From NCBI GenBank assembly GCA_964452075.1, contig CAYVKI010000002.1, positions 1-51,469 of the forward strand: a stretch of DNA of 51,469 nt, given 5' to 3'. Origin of the DNA: an uncultured Rhizobium sp. Lineage in GTDB: Bacteria > Pseudomonadota > Alphaproteobacteria > Rickettsiales > UBA1997. Position 1 is the first letter of the stretch, and each line of letters starts with the position of its first letter. The notes under the pieces are model-generated. The model saw nothing but the letters and a program-made list of their open reading frames with translations, was not told the origin of the DNA and did not search any database. Position numbers and translations under genes: made by a program. Shown in pieces: positions 9,133-19,599 of the stretch.

Positions 9133-10329
9133 TTACTTTCTAAGCCTTTTAAAACCCGCAATTAAATCTTCTTTAAGGTCTTCAACATCTTCTAAGCCAA
9201 CGTTAATTCTGAGGCAGGTTTTGTTGGTGTGAGCCCATTTTGTTGCGGTTCTTGCGCTGGTTGCATCAATTGGCAAAATTAAAGATTCATAACCGCCCCA
9301 AGAATATCCCATGCCATAATAATGAAGCTTGTCAAGCATGCGAGCGAGAGATTCGTTGGAATATTTACGATCTAAAACAATTGTAAATAAGCCAGCAGCG
9401 CCGGTAAAATCGCGCTTCCACAATTTATGCCCCTCGTCTGATTCTAACGCCGGATAAAGAATTTTTGAAACTTCTGGTCGCCCTTCAAGCCAAGTTGCCA
9501 ATTCAAGCGCAGATTTAAAGCAATGATCCATACGAAGTTTTGTTGTGCGCAAACCTCTTTGCACCAAATAAGAAGAAAAAGGAGCCGCAGTCACCGCCAT
9601 ATATCTGAACGCTTCATACATAACGCGAAAATGTTTTTCTTGCACAGTGATTGCGCCCATCATTACGTCGGAATGTCCGTTGATATATTTGGTTAAAGCG
9701 GTCACAACCACATCAGCGCCATGTTCTAGTGGCTTAAAATAAATTCCGCTCGCCCAAGAGTTATCAATTATTGTGGTCACATTATGTTTTTTTGCCACTT
9801 TGCAAATTGCCGCCACGTCTTGAACTTCAAAGCTCAAAGATCCGGGGCTTTCCATAAAAATAACTTTGGTGTTCTTTTTGATTAATTTTTTTATTCCTTC
9901 GCCAATCAATGGATCGTAATAGGTGGTTTCAATTCCCAATTTTTTCAAAAACTTATCGGCAAATCCTCGAGTTGGAGAATAAACATTGTCAACAAGCAAC
10001 ATGTGATCTCCCTGTTTTAAAAATGCGATCAAAGCGGTGTTAATTGCAGCCGCTCCAGAAGAAGTGACAAAAGAATTGTAGCCGCCATCAATTTCGGCAA
10101 TTGCTTTTTCAAGAGCGAAATTGGTTTGCGTTCCGTAGCGACCATATTTTAATTCATATGGCTCAACCAAATCATTGTTTGAATAGCCGCGTTCGGCGTG
10201 AATAAGATCTTTTAATGTTGGAAAAACTATTGTTGAGGTTTGATAAATCGGAGGATTTACCATCCATCCCTGCTCTTTTGGATTACGTCCAGCGTGAACT
10301 AAGCGAGTAGATTCATAAATTTTTTCCAT
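9133..10329 (-). CDS. metC: cystathionine beta-lyase (PLP-dependent)
   Basis: TKYINGHSDVMMG (PLP lysine), YSWGGYESLIL, HKLWKRDFTGAAGLF and RINVGLEDVEDL closely parallel E. coli MetC along the whole length. Confidence 0.85.
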   Translation of the reverse strand: MEKIYESTRLVHAGRNPKEQGWMVNPPIYQTSTIVFPTLKDLIHAERGYSNNDLVEPYELKYGRYGTQTNFALEKAIAEIDGGYNSFVTSSGAAAINTALIAFLKQGDHMLLVDNVYSPTRGFADKFLKKLGIETTYYDPLIGEGIKKLIKKNTKVIFMESPGSLSFEVQDVAAICKVAKKHNVTTIIDNSWASGIYFKPLEHGADVVVTALTKYINGHSDVMMGAITVQEKHFRVMYEAFRYMAVTAAPFSSYLVQRGLRTTKLRMDHCFKSALELATWLEGRPEVSKILYPALESDEGHKLWKRDFTGAAGLFTIVLDRKYSNESLARMLDKLHYYGMGYSWGGYESLILPIDATSARTATKWAHTNKTCLRINVGLEDVEDLKEDLIAGFKRLRK

Positions 10330-10364
10330 TTTTTCCTCGTATTAAAATTATTAAATTCGTCCAA

Positions 10365-10721
10365 TTAAGCAATCAATTGCCCCAAATTTTTCCCAGATAA
10401 AATATGCACGTGAAAGTGAAAGACGGTTTGAAGACCGTCTTTTCCCATGTTGGAAATTAGGCGAAATCCTGAATTTTCAATTTCTAACATTTTAATGACG
10501 TGACCAACTTTTTGAAAAAAGTAAGAAATTTCTTCGGGAGATGCCTTGGAAGTAAAGTCAGAAAAATCAAGAAATTCGCCTTTTGGAATCACTAAAACAT
10601 GAATTGGAGCTGCTTTAGAAATGTCGTGAAAAGCTAAAACTTTTTCGTCTTCATAAACTTTTTGCGCCGGAATTTCGCCGCGAATTATTTTGGCAAAAAT
10701 GTTACTTGGGTCATATTGCAT
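10365..10721 (-). CDS. HIT (histidine triad) family protein
   Basis: CIF-less N-terminus IFAKIIRGEIPA... with the C-terminal histidine triad HFHVHIL. Confidence 0.85.
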   Translation of the reverse strand: MQYDPSNIFAKIIRGEIPAQKVYEDEKVLAFHDISKAAPIHVLVIPKGEFLDFSDFTSKASPEEISYFFQKVGHVIKMLEIENSGFRLISNMGKDGLQTVFHFHVHILSGKNLGQLIA

Positions 10722-11272
10722 TATTTTTCGGCGTCAGCTGCGACGCGCACTTTCACCATAACATCTGGCTCAACAACTTTTCCATCGCGACCAGCGCCTT
10801 TTTTGATTTTATCGACAAATTCCATGCCTTTAATAACTCTGCCCCAAACGGTATATTGATTGTCTAAAAATCTTGAATCGTGAGTAACAATAAAGAATTG
10901 GCTATTGCCACTATTTGGGTTAGAAGCGCGAGCCATTGAAACTGCACCACGAATGTGAGGCTCATCAGAAAATTCTGCTTTTAAATCAGGAAGCTTGCTT
11001 CCGCCCATTCCGGTTCCTGTAGGATCGCCAGTTTGAGCCATAAAGCCGTCAATCACGCGATGAAAAACAATTCCGTCGTAGAATTTTTGGCGGGCTAATG
11101 TTTTGATTCTTTCAACATGTTTTGGAGCAATTTGCGGCAGCAATTCAATTACAACTCGACCATATTTAAGGTCGATATAAAGAGTGTTTTCAGGATTATT
11201 TTTGGCTTCTGCGGAACTCATGATGGAAATAATTAAGGTTAAAAAAGTTAAAAAACTGAAAATTTTAGTCAT
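10721..11272 (-). CDS. secreted cyclophilin-type peptidyl-prolyl cis-trans isomerase
   Basis: A signal peptide MTKIFSFLTFLTLIISIMSSAEA is followed by FHRVIDGFMAQTGDPTGTG...NSQFFI...VWGRV. Its stop overlaps the HIT gene start by 1 nt. Confidence 0.9.
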   Translation of the reverse strand: MTKIFSFLTFLTLIISIMSSAEAKNNPENTLYIDLKYGRVVIELLPQIAPKHVERIKTLARQKFYDGIVFHRVIDGFMAQTGDPTGTGMGGSKLPDLKAEFSDEPHIRGAVSMARASNPNSGNSQFFIVTHDSRFLDNQYTVWGRVIKGMEFVDKIKKGAGRDGKVVEPDVMVKVRVAADAEK

Positions 11273-11454
11273 AAAAATAAAACAGTTGAGATTATTATTT
11301 TCTAGGAAGGAAGAAAATTTCTAAGTTTAAGAATTTTTTTTTCAAGCGACGTTATTGGTTAATTTGTTTTTTAAAAAAAGAAATCATTGACAATGAGATC
11401 GTGAAAAATAACTTGCGCCACCCTTAAAAGCTGTTCTTATTTAAATTTCTATTT

Positions 11455-11769
11455 ATGTTTGCTATTATCGAAACTGGCGGAAAGCAATATCGCGTTGCCG
11501 CCAATGAAAAAATTATTGTTGAAAAACTTGTCGGCGAAGCTGGCACAAAGGTAACTTTGGACAAAGTTTTGTTAGCAAAATCTGACAAAGGTGAAGTCTC
11601 TTTTGGAGCTCCTTTGTTAAGTGGAGTGAAGGTTGAAGCCGAAATTCTAAAAACTTTTAAAGATGACAAGGTTTTAATCTTCAAAAAGAGAAGAAGACAA
11701 AATTCTCGCAGAAAACAAGGTCATCGTCAGCAACAAACTTTGCTGAAAATCTTATCTATTAATTTATAA
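11455..11769 (+). CDS. rplU: 50S ribosomal protein L21
   Basis: MFAIIETGGKQYRV... is canonical L21. rpmA follows. Confidence 0.95.
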   Translation: MFAIIETGGKQYRVAANEKIIVEKLVGEAGTKVTLDKVLLAKSDKGEVSFGAPLLSGVKVEAEILKTFKDDKVLIFKKRRRQNSRRKQGHRQQQTLLKILSINL

Positions 11770-11787
11770 CTTTTGTAAGGAGAAACC

Positions 11788-12045
11788 ATGGCATCGAAGA
11801 AAGCTGGTGGTAGTTCGAGGAACGGTCGTGACTCAGCTGGTAGAAGACTTGGAGTTAAGAAATATGGTGGTCAGCTAGTTAAAGCTGGCAACATTATTGT
11901 ACGTCAAAGAGGTACAAAATGGCATCCGGGTGAAAATGTTGGCATCGGCAAAGATCACACGATTTTTGCTAAAATTGCAGGCATTGTTACTTTTGTAAAA
12001 TCAGCTCACAATAATAGAACTTTTATTGACGTAGTTGCGAACTAA
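11788..12045 (+). CDS. rpmA: 50S ribosomal protein L27
   Basis: [26 protein letters not shown]...[10 protein letters not shown] is canonical L27. A GGAG lies upstream. Confidence 0.95.
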   Translation: MASKKAGGSSRNGRDSAGRRLGVKKYGGQLVKAGNIIVRQRGTKWHPGENVGIGKDHTIFAKIAGIVTFVKSAHNNRTFIDVVAN

Positions 12046-12055
12046 AACTTAAAAA

Positions 12056-12080
12056 AGCCTGAAGAAATTCAGGCTTTTTT
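12056..12080 (+). terminator. Rho-independent terminator after rpmA
   Basis: An 8-bp stem agcctgaa/ttcaggct with a gaaa loop is followed by a T-run. Confidence 0.7.
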
Positions 12081-12095
12081 ACTGCTCTAAAATAA

Positions 12096-12180
12096 GCGGA
12101 TATGGCGAAATTGGCAGACGCACTAGACTTAGGATCTAGCGCCGCGAGGCATGTGGGTTCAAGTCCCTCTATCCGCACCA
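12096..12180 (+). tRNA. tRNA-Leu (anticodon UAG), CCA encoded
   Basis: I folded the cloverleaf by hand. The 7-bp acceptor stem is GCGGATA/TATCCGC. The anticodon stem CTAGA/TCTAG carries the loop CT-TAG-GA. There is a long variable arm and a TTCAAGT T-loop. The T-stem has one U-U mismatch. Confidence 0.9.
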
Positions 12181-12411
12181 CCCCTCTTTTTTTAGATAAT
12201 TCAAAATAAAAATAGCTCGATTTAAATCTCTTAAATCAATGAGTAATTTGTCAAAAAATTACCAAGTAACAGATTGCTATTTTTCATCTATCATTATTAA
12301 ATCACCTCTTCACTTTTTCTTTAAGAAAAAATCCTAAATTCTCGCGCTTTATCTTAGGATGGGCTCTTAAGCGCAAATCTCTCTTAACCTATAAATCAAG
12401 GCATAATTTAA

Positions 12412-13755
12412 ATGGAAGTACAAATTAAAAACACTTATGACAAGAAGTTAAAAAAAGATTTTCACGTCATAATTCCTAGTCAATTAGTAGATAAAAAAGT
12501 CGCTGATTACATAAGTAAAATTCAGGGAAATTTTTCTTTAAAAGGCTTTAGAAAAGGTCAAGTTCCAGTTGCTGTAATTAAAGAAAAATACGGCGCCTCA
12601 ATTATGGCCGAAGAATCAGACAAAATCATTAACGACACTATCAAAAAAATCGTTACCGATAATAATTTAAAATTGGCTTTAACTCCAAAAATTGACATTA
12701 AAACATTCGAAGCTGGCAAGAATATTGAGCTTACAGCGACAATGGAAATTTATCCGCAAATTCCAGAAATCGAACTTTCTAAGCTGAAAGTGGTAAAAAG
12801 AGATCCTGAAATTGCTGGTTCTGACGTTGAAGAATCATTTACAAAATTATTAAAATTTTATCGCAAATGGAATCCGAAACCATCTGGAGAAAAAGCTAAA
12901 ATTGGCGATTCTGTAAATATCGATTACTTGGGAAAAATTGATAAAGTAGAGTTTGAAGGCGGAGCGGCTAAAGGCTATCAACTTGAATTGGGCAGCAAAA
13001 GCTTTATAGACGATTTTGAAGAACAACTTGTTGGCAAAAAAGCCGGTGACGAAGTTCGTGTGAAAGTAAAATTTCCTAAAGAATATCACAAAGAAGATTT
13101 TTCAGGAAAAGCTGCGGAATTCGAAGTAAAAATAAATGAAGTTTTGTCCGCCGAAATGCCAGAAGTAAGTGATGAATTTGTTAAAAACAATTTTGGACTT
13201 GAAAGCAAATCTAAGCTGGAAGAAGCGGTTAAAAAACAAATTGAAGATAGCTACCAAAACATTTCTCGCGATTTATTTAAAAAAGAGCTTTTTGATTTGT
13301 TAAATAAAAAATATGACTTCGAATTGCCAGCTGGCCTGCTTGAAGAACAGCTAAACAATCTTTGGGCTGAAGTTGAAGAAGAATTAAAAACCAATCCAAA
13401 TAAATTCAAAAACGATAAAGAAAAAGAAAAGGCCAAAGATAAAAAGCGTGAAATTTCTGAGCGTATGATTCGTTGTGGCATGATTTTATCTGACTTGGCT
13501 CAAAAAAATAAAATTGAAGTCACAAATGAAGATATAAACAAAGAGATCGGAAAAATTCTTGCTCGCTTTCCAAATCAAGAAAAAGCAGTTTTGGATTACT
13601 ATCAAAAAAACTCGGGCGCGGTTCAACAGCTTCGCGGATCAATTATTGAAGAAAAAACAATTGATTTTATCTTGAATAATCAAGCTATTGAAAAGAAAAA
13701 AATCTCCCCAAAAGAACTTGATAAACTGTGGCAAAAAGCCACTCAATCTGAATAA
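12412..13755 (+). CDS. tig: trigger factor
   Basis: The N-terminal ribosome-binding GFRKGQVP motif, a central FKBP-type segment (DYLGKIDKVEFEGG) and the length of 447 aa fit trigger factor. Confidence 0.9.
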   Translation: MEVQIKNTYDKKLKKDFHVIIPSQLVDKKVADYISKIQGNFSLKGFRKGQVPVAVIKEKYGASIMAEESDKIINDTIKKIVTDNNLKLALTPKIDIKTFEAGKNIELTATMEIYPQIPEIELSKLKVVKRDPEIAGSDVEESFTKLLKFYRKWNPKPSGEKAKIGDSVNIDYLGKIDKVEFEGGAAKGYQLELGSKSFIDDFEEQLVGKKAGDEVRVKVKFPKEYHKEDFSGKAAEFEVKINEVLSAEMPEVSDEFVKNNFGLESKSKLEEAVKKQIEDSYQNISRDLFKKELFDLLNKKYDFELPAGLLEEQLNNLWAEVEEELKTNPNKFKNDKEKEKAKDKKREISERMIRCGMILSDLAQKNKIEVTNEDINKEIGKILARFPNQEKAVLDYYQKNSGAVQQLRGSIIEEKTIDFILNNQAIEKKKISPKELDKLWQKATQSE

Positions 13756-13780
13756 TTATTAATCTAAAAAATCTAAATTT

Positions 13781-14455
13781 ATGAATCACTTGCTGGACGC
13801 TTTAAAACTAATTACTTTTGCAATCCACAAAGAGGGTTACAAATTCATTATTATTTTTGCCTTGGTAACCGCTCTTTTGGCAATGCTTAACAACACTCTT
13901 GGCTTAATTGGATTGGTTGCAACTTTGTGGTGCGTTTTCTTTTTTCGCGACCCAGAAAGAATTATTCCGGTTGAAGAAAATATTGTTATCAGCCCTGCAG
14001 ACGGAGTTGTAACCCGAGTTGATTATTCGGTTGAAGCACCAGATGACTTGGGATATGGCAATAAAAAATTTAACAAAATCACTGTTTTTCTAAACGTTTT
14101 TAATGTTCACGTAAATCGTGTTCCAGTTGGCGGAACCGTGACAAAAGTCAGTTATAAAAAAGGGAAATTCTTAAGCGCAAATGCTGACGAGGCTAGCGTT
14201 GAGAATGAAAGAAACGCGGTTGTAGTAAAAACTGAAGATGGCACTGAGGTAATTTTTGTACAAATTGCTGGATTAGTCGCTCGTCGAATTGTTTCAGAAC
14301 TATCAGAAGGGCAGCAAGTTACAATTGGAGATCGTTATGGCATTATTCGCTTCGGAAGTCGCGCCGACATATATCTGCCAGAAAACATTGCTATAAAAGT
14401 ATTGGTTGGTCAAACAATGATTGGTGGCGAAACCATTATTGCAAAATTGAAATAA
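13781..14455 (+). CDS. psd: phosphatidylserine decarboxylase family proenzyme (short type)
   Basis: N-terminal TM helices, VFLNVFNVHVNRVP and a self-cleavage-type FGSR motif near the C-terminus are present. Confidence 0.8.
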   Translation: MNHLLDALKLITFAIHKEGYKFIIIFALVTALLAMLNNTLGLIGLVATLWCVFFFRDPERIIPVEENIVISPADGVVTRVDYSVEAPDDLGYGNKKFNKITVFLNVFNVHVNRVPVGGTVTKVSYKKGKFLSANADEASVENERNAVVVKTEDGTEVIFVQIAGLVARRIVSELSEGQQVTIGDRYGIIRFGSRADIYLPENIAIKVLVGQTMIGGETIIAKLK

Positions 14456-14475
14456 TCAAAATTACATAAATTATT

Positions 14476-16011
14476 ATGAGTTCTTTAAATATTGCTAAGC
14501 TCGCTTCGAAACGCGAAGAGGCTAGAATTGGCGGCGGTCAAAAAAGAATAGATGTTCAACATTCAAAAGGAAAACTAACTGCTCGCGAACGAATTGAGGT
14601 TCTTCTCGATCCAAATTCTTTTGAAGAATATGGCCTTTATGTTGAGCACCGTTGCGCTGATTTTGATATGGATGACAAAAAACATCCCGGAGATGGAGTT
14701 GTTACTGGTCAAGGAACAATAAATGGTCGTTTGGTTTTTGTTTACAGCCAAGACTTTACCGTAATGGGCGGCTCTCTAGGTGAAGCTCATGCAAAAAAAA
14801 TCTGCCAAGTTTTAGATCGCGCTGTACAGGTTGGCGCACCCGTCATTGGCATTAACGACTCTGGCGGAGCCAGAATTCAAGAGGGCGTTGATTCTCTGGG
14901 CGGATATGGTGAAATTTTCCAACGCAATATTGACGCGAGCGGCGTAGTTCCTCAAATTTCTTTAATCATGGGACCTTGCGCTGGTGGAGCGGTTTATTCT
15001 CCAGCTTTGACTGATTTTACCGTGATGGTCGAAAACTCTTCTTACATGTTTGTGACCGGCCCAGATGTTGTAAAAACCGTCACTCACGAAACAGTGACGC
15101 AAGAAGATCTTGGCGGTGCTTCAGTGCATGGAAGCAAAAGCGGAGTTGCTCATTTAACTTTTAAAAGCGACATCGAAGCACTTTTGCAGACTCGTCGTTT
15201 GATTAACTTTTTGCCTCTTTCAAATCAAAAAGCGACTCCACAAATTCCAACTTCAGATGAAGCTGATCGTGTCGACGTTTCATTAAACACATTAATTGCC
15301 GACAATCCAAATCAGCCTTATGATATGTCTGAATTGGTTGAAAAAATTCTTGACGAAGGAGATTTTTTTGAGATTCAGCCAAATTATGCAAAAAATATAA
15401 TGATTGGTTTTGGTCGTTTAGAAGGAGAAACAATCGGTATTGTTGCAAATCAACCCATGCATTTAGCTGGCTGTCTTGATATTAAAGCCAGCGAAAAAGC
15501 GGCGCGTTTTATTCGTTTTTGCGACGCCTTCAACATTCCGCTTCTGACTTTTGTTGATGTTCCCGGATTTTTACCTGGAACAGATCAAGAGCATGCAGGA
15601 ATCATCAAACACGGAGCAAAATTGCTTTATGCTTATGGAGAAGCAACAGTTCCAAAAATTACCGTTGTCACCCGCAAGGCTTATGGCGGCGCATATATCG
15701 TGATGAACTCAAAACATTTGCGCGGCGACGTAAACTATGCTTGGGCAAATGCTGAAATTGCAGTTATGGGCCCAGAAGGTGCGGTTGAAATCATCTTCCG
15801 CGAAGATGCAAAAAATCCAGAAAGCAAGGCTAAACGCGTTGCTGAATATCGCGAGAAATTCGCCTCACCTTTTGTTGCGGCTTCTCGTGGATTTATTGAC
15901 GAGGTTATTCGTCCACAAAACACTCGCAAAAGAATCTGCGCTTCTTTGCAAATTTTGAAAAATAAAAAAGTTCTCAAGCCTTGGAAGAAGCACGACAATC
16001 TTCCTATTTAA
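14476..16011 (+). CDS. pccB: propionyl-CoA carboxylase beta chain / carboxyltransferase
   Basis: [36 protein letters not shown] and [11 protein letters not shown] form the classic carboxyltransferase pattern. Confidence 0.85.
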   Translation: MSSLNIAKLASKREEARIGGGQKRIDVQHSKGKLTARERIEVLLDPNSFEEYGLYVEHRCADFDMDDKKHPGDGVVTGQGTINGRLVFVYSQDFTVMGGSLGEAHAKKICQVLDRAVQVGAPVIGINDSGGARIQEGVDSLGGYGEIFQRNIDASGVVPQISLIMGPCAGGAVYSPALTDFTVMVENSSYMFVTGPDVVKTVTHETVTQEDLGGASVHGSKSGVAHLTFKSDIEALLQTRRLINFLPLSNQKATPQIPTSDEADRVDVSLNTLIADNPNQPYDMSELVEKILDEGDFFEIQPNYAKNIMIGFGRLEGETIGIVANQPMHLAGCLDIKASEKAARFIRFCDAFNIPLLTFVDVPGFLPGTDQEHAGIIKHGAKLLYAYGEATVPKITVVTRKAYGGAYIVMNSKHLRGDVNYAWANAEIAVMGPEGAVEIIFREDAKNPESKAKRVAEYREKFASPFVAASRGFIDEVIRPQNTRKRICASLQILKNKKVLKPWKKHDNLPI

Positions 16012-16030
16012 TCTTTGAAATAAATTCTCA

Positions 16031-16070
16031 AAAAAACCGATCCATCGTAAATTGATGGGTCGGTTTTTTG
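16031..16070. terminator. bidirectional hairpin terminator between convergent pccB and recG
   Basis: An 11-bp stem accgatccatc/gatgggtcggt has an A-run upstream and a T-run downstream. Confidence 0.7.
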
Positions 16071-16098
16071 TTTGTTACAACATCTCACAAATCAAGTT

Positions 16099-18195
16099 TC
16101 AGCCTGCATTTATAACTTTTAAACAATCTTCGTAGTTAAAAAGTTTTAATAATGTTTGAAGGGTTTTATTTTTTAAATTTGGATCAGAATTTAGAATTAC
16201 TTTTGCTTGTTTATTGGCAATTTTCAGCAAGTCAGAATCAAACATTAAGTCGGCAATTTTAAATTCCGGAAATCCGCTTTGCTTACTCCCAACCAATTCG
16301 CCGCTGCCGCGCATTTTCAGATCTTCTTCGGCAATAAAAAATCCGTCATTTGATTGCCGCAAAATATTCAAACGATGACGCTGATTTTCTCCGAATTTTT
16401 TGCCATAAAGTAAAATGCAGAAAGATTTTTTATCCGATCTACCAACTCTTCCGCGCAATTGATGAAGTTGCGAAAGCCCAAAATTTTCGGCATTTTCAAT
16501 TAAAATTACCGTTGCTTCAGAAACATCAATTCCAACTTCGATTACCGTTGTTGCAACTAACATTCGCAAGTCTCCATGAGGATTAGCAAAATCTTTCATA
16601 ACTTTGTCTTTTTCGCTTTCTTTCATTTTTCCATGGAGAATTGCGACAGATTTTTCGCCAAAAATTTTTGACAATTCGGCAAATTTTTCTTTAACGTTAC
16701 TTAGAGTTGGCTCAATTTCGGATTCCGAATTTTCTGCCAAAGGTTCGATCGCTGGACAAATCCAATAAATTTTTTCGCCGCGCAATGTCGCGCGTTTCAA
16801 AGCTTGATAAACTTCCTCAATTTTATTTTCTGACATCACCAAAGTTTCAATTTCTTGACGATTTTTTGGTTTTTCATTTAAAATTGAAATATCCATGTCG
16901 CCATATAAACCCATCATCAAGCTGCGCGGAATAGGCGTTGCGCTCATCAACAAAACATCAACATCTTTTCCTTTTTCGACCATTTTAAGTCGTTGCATTA
17001 CACCAAAACGATGCTGTTCGTCAATTACCGTTAAACCCAGATTAAAGAATTTTACATCATCTTCTAAAACCGCATGAGTGCTAATTAAAATGTTAATATT
17101 CCCACTTAATAAATCAGAAAGAATTTTGGTTTTTTGCTTCGAGCTATTGGCGGATGTTAAAAGTTCAACGCGAATTCCACTATTTTCCAAAAGCTTGGAG
17201 AAATAGCTCAAATGCTGTTTTGCAAGCACTGTTGTTGGCGCCATAACGCAGGCTTGCGCACCCCGCGAAATCGCTTGAAGACAAGCTGCAATTGCCACCA
17301 CGGTTTTTCCACTACCAACATCACCTTGCAAAAGTCGCAACATTTTTTTGGTAGAATTAATTTCGGCTAAAATTTCTTGAATGGCTTTTTTTTGCGCATT
17401 TTTTGGCTCAAAATGCAAAGAGTTTAAAAAAATTTCAGCTAAATTTCCGCTTGATTTAGTGAGATTTTTAGTTTTTCCGAGTTGGGTTTTAGCAAGTAAA
17501 ACTGCAATTTGCCAAGCCAGAAGCTCGTCATACGCCAAGCGTTTTCTTGCAGGGTTTTCTGGCAAAAAATCAGATTCAGATTGCGGATTATGTATTTTTT
17601 TTAATGCAGCTCCGAAACTTAGCCAATTTTGCTGCTTAACTAAATTTGCATCAATCCATTCTTCATCTTTTTCGATAATTTTTTCTAAAACTTCGTGAAT
17701 TTTTTGGCTTAAAAATTTTTGTGAAATTGCCGCACCCAAAGGATAAATCACGTTAATTTTTGGCAAATTTTCAATCTGATTTGCTGGCAAAATTTCTTGC
17801 GGATGAACAATTTGATTCTCGCCAGATAATTTCTGCAAATGACCCAAAATAGCAATTTCAGAGCCGATTGGCATTTTGGCAATTTGACTAGGAAAAATTT
17901 TAAAAAATATCAAATTAACATAACCACTTGGCGTGTAGCAAATAACCTTGTAAGGCTGGCGACTGTTTGCGGGTTTTATGTGTGACTCAACTTTTGCTTT
18001 TAAAATTATCAGTGAATCGTTCGGTATTTCAAAAATCTTTGGGCAAAATAAAATTTTCTCAGCGCGAGTTGGCTTGTGCAGCAATAAATCAAAAATTTTA
18101 TTTTGACCAACGAGCTTTGTTAAAAAAGGGGCTAGAGTTGGACCAACTCGCTTTAGCGAAGAAATAGGAAGTAAAAAAAGTTGCTCATTTTTCAT
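16099..18195 (-). CDS. recG: ATP-dependent DNA helicase RecG
   Basis: An N-terminal wedge region is followed by GDVGSGKT, VIDEQHRFG and QLRGRVGR helicase motifs. Length is 698 aa. Confidence 0.9.
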   Translation of the reverse strand: MKNEQLFLLPISSLKRVGPTLAPFLTKLVGQNKIFDLLLHKPTRAEKILFCPKIFEIPNDSLIILKAKVESHIKPANSRQPYKVICYTPSGYVNLIFFKIFPSQIAKMPIGSEIAILGHLQKLSGENQIVHPQEILPANQIENLPKINVIYPLGAAISQKFLSQKIHEVLEKIIEKDEEWIDANLVKQQNWLSFGAALKKIHNPQSESDFLPENPARKRLAYDELLAWQIAVLLAKTQLGKTKNLTKSSGNLAEIFLNSLHFEPKNAQKKAIQEILAEINSTKKMLRLLQGDVGSGKTVVAIAACLQAISRGAQACVMAPTTVLAKQHLSYFSKLLENSGIRVELLTSANSSKQKTKILSDLLSGNINILISTHAVLEDDVKFFNLGLTVIDEQHRFGVMQRLKMVEKGKDVDVLLMSATPIPRSLMMGLYGDMDISILNEKPKNRQEIETLVMSENKIEEVYQALKRATLRGEKIYWICPAIEPLAENSESEIEPTLSNVKEKFAELSKIFGEKSVAILHGKMKESEKDKVMKDFANPHGDLRMLVATTVIEVGIDVSEATVILIENAENFGLSQLHQLRGRVGRSDKKSFCILLYGKKFGENQRHRLNILRQSNDGFFIAEEDLKMRGSGELVGSKQSGFPEFKIADLMFDSDLLKIANKQAKVILNSDPNLKNKTLQTLLKLFNYEDCLKVINAG

Positions 18196-18626
18196 TCTTC
18201 ACCGCGTTGAGATCTGCGCTGGTCATCACGTTTTTTTATCGATTCTCTTTTATCGTAAAGTTTTTTACCGCGACCGAGACCAATAATAACTTTGGCAAAA
18301 TTCTTTTTATTAAAAAAAATTTTCATAGGAACTGCCGAATAACCATCAGCCTGCATTTTGCCGACTATTTTTTTGATTTGTTTTGCGTGCAATAATAATT
18401 TGCGCTGCCTTTTTGGGGCGTGATTAAATTTATTTGCGCCTTTATATTCGCTAATATTTGAGTTGATAAGAAAAAGCTCGCCACCAATTTCGGCAACGTA
18501 AGATTCGCTGATATTTACTCGACCATCACGCACAGATTTAACTTCGCTGCCAAGCAAAACAATGCCAGCCTCGATTTCCTCTTCGATATTGTAGTTAAAG
18601 TGAGCCTTCCGGTTAATGATCTGCAT
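18192..18626 (-). CDS. smpB: SsrA-binding protein
   Basis: NRKAHFNY...GSEVKS...YKGANKFNH.PKR.RKLLLH is canonical SmpB. It overlaps the recG start by 4 nt. Confidence 0.95.
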   Translation of the reverse strand: MQIINRKAHFNYNIEEEIEAGIVLLGSEVKSVRDGRVNISESYVAEIGGELFLINSNISEYKGANKFNHAPKRQRKLLLHAKQIKKIVGKMQADGYSAVPMKIFFNKKNFAKVIIGLGRGKKLYDKRESIKKRDDQRRSQRGEE

Positions 18627-18843
18627 TTAGTTTTTTAAGCGACGAAATTAATATTTTGTTTGGACAGGATTTTGTATAAAATTATAAAAATCAAAAATTG
18701 ATTACAGTTTATAGAGTTTTTATCTCTAGCTCTTTTCAAACTTTTAGCCTTGCAATTAAAAAACCGATTAATAATTTGCCCCGCTCTCAATTTTACAGTT
18801 GCTGAAAAAGAAATTCGTTAATTTCAACCTAAAACCTTTATTT

Positions 18844-19254
18844 ATGCCTCTTTACGAGACCGTTTTTATTGCCCGACAAGATTTAGCCGCTGAGGACGTA
18901 GATTCTCTGGCTGCAAAGTTTTCCAAAATCATAACCGATGCCAAAGGCAAAATCGTTTCCAAAGAATATTGGGGATTAAGAGATCTTGCTTACAAAGTTA
19001 AGAAAAATAGCCGCGGACACTATGTTTTACTAAATATCGACTCTGATTATGCGGCAGTTGCAGAATTAAAGCGTGTTATGAGTTTCAACGAAGACATTAT
19101 TAGAAATATAACATTTTCAACCGAGTCTCATCAAGCAGAATCACCTTTGTTTTCTTCGGTTACCGCCAAAGATTACAAAGCTGGTAAAATTTCTGCCAAA
19201 AAAGAACCTAGCAAAGTAGATCTGGTTTTAGATCAAGTTCAATTCGAAGTTTAA
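18844..19254 (+). CDS. rpsF: 30S ribosomal protein S6
   Basis: MPLYETVFIARQDL...EYWGLRDLAYKV is canonical S6. I chose the internal ATG 18844 over the ORF-track TTG. Confidence 0.9.
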   Translation: MPLYETVFIARQDLAAEDVDSLAAKFSKIITDAKGKIVSKEYWGLRDLAYKVKKNSRGHYVLLNIDSDYAAVAELKRVMSFNEDIIRNITFSTESHQAESPLFSSVTAKDYKAGKISAKKEPSKVDLVLDQVQFEV

Positions 19255-19263
19255 AGGAGTTTT

Positions 19264-19587
19264 ATGGCCGCAAGAATCAATAAAAATAATAATACCAGTA
19301 ACCCCACTCAAAATACTGAAGAGGGTTACATAAAAATTTCTTTAGTAAATCAAAGTGTTTTTATCAGAAGAAAAAAAGTTTGTCCTTTAAAAGACATTTC
19401 TTTGTCTGAAATTAACTACACAAATCTTAAGCTTTTAAACAAATTTCTCTCAGAAAGAGGAAAAATAATTCCAAGTAGAATTACAAATGTTGAAGTAAAA
19501 AAACAAAGAGCTTTGGCAGTTGCCATAAAAAGAGCTCGTCACTTAGCTCTTATCTCTCCAATTGTTAAAGATTTAGCAACAAATTAA
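19264..19587 (+). CDS. rpsR: 30S ribosomal protein S18 (extended N-terminus)
   Basis: INYTNLKLLNKFLSERGKIIPSRIT...KQRALAVAIKRARHLAL is canonical S18. Confidence 0.9.
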   Translation: MAARINKNNNTSNPTQNTEEGYIKISLVNQSVFIRRKKVCPLKDISLSEINYTNLKLLNKFLSERGKIIPSRITNVEVKKQRALAVAIKRARHLALISPIVKDLATN

Positions 19588-19599
19588 AAGTCCCAATCA

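Noticed and set aside
11387-11414. TTGACA-N16-TAACTT upstream of rplU as a promoter
   Set aside because: It is plausible, but the -10 is weak and there is no independent evidence. It is too uncertain to list as a feature.
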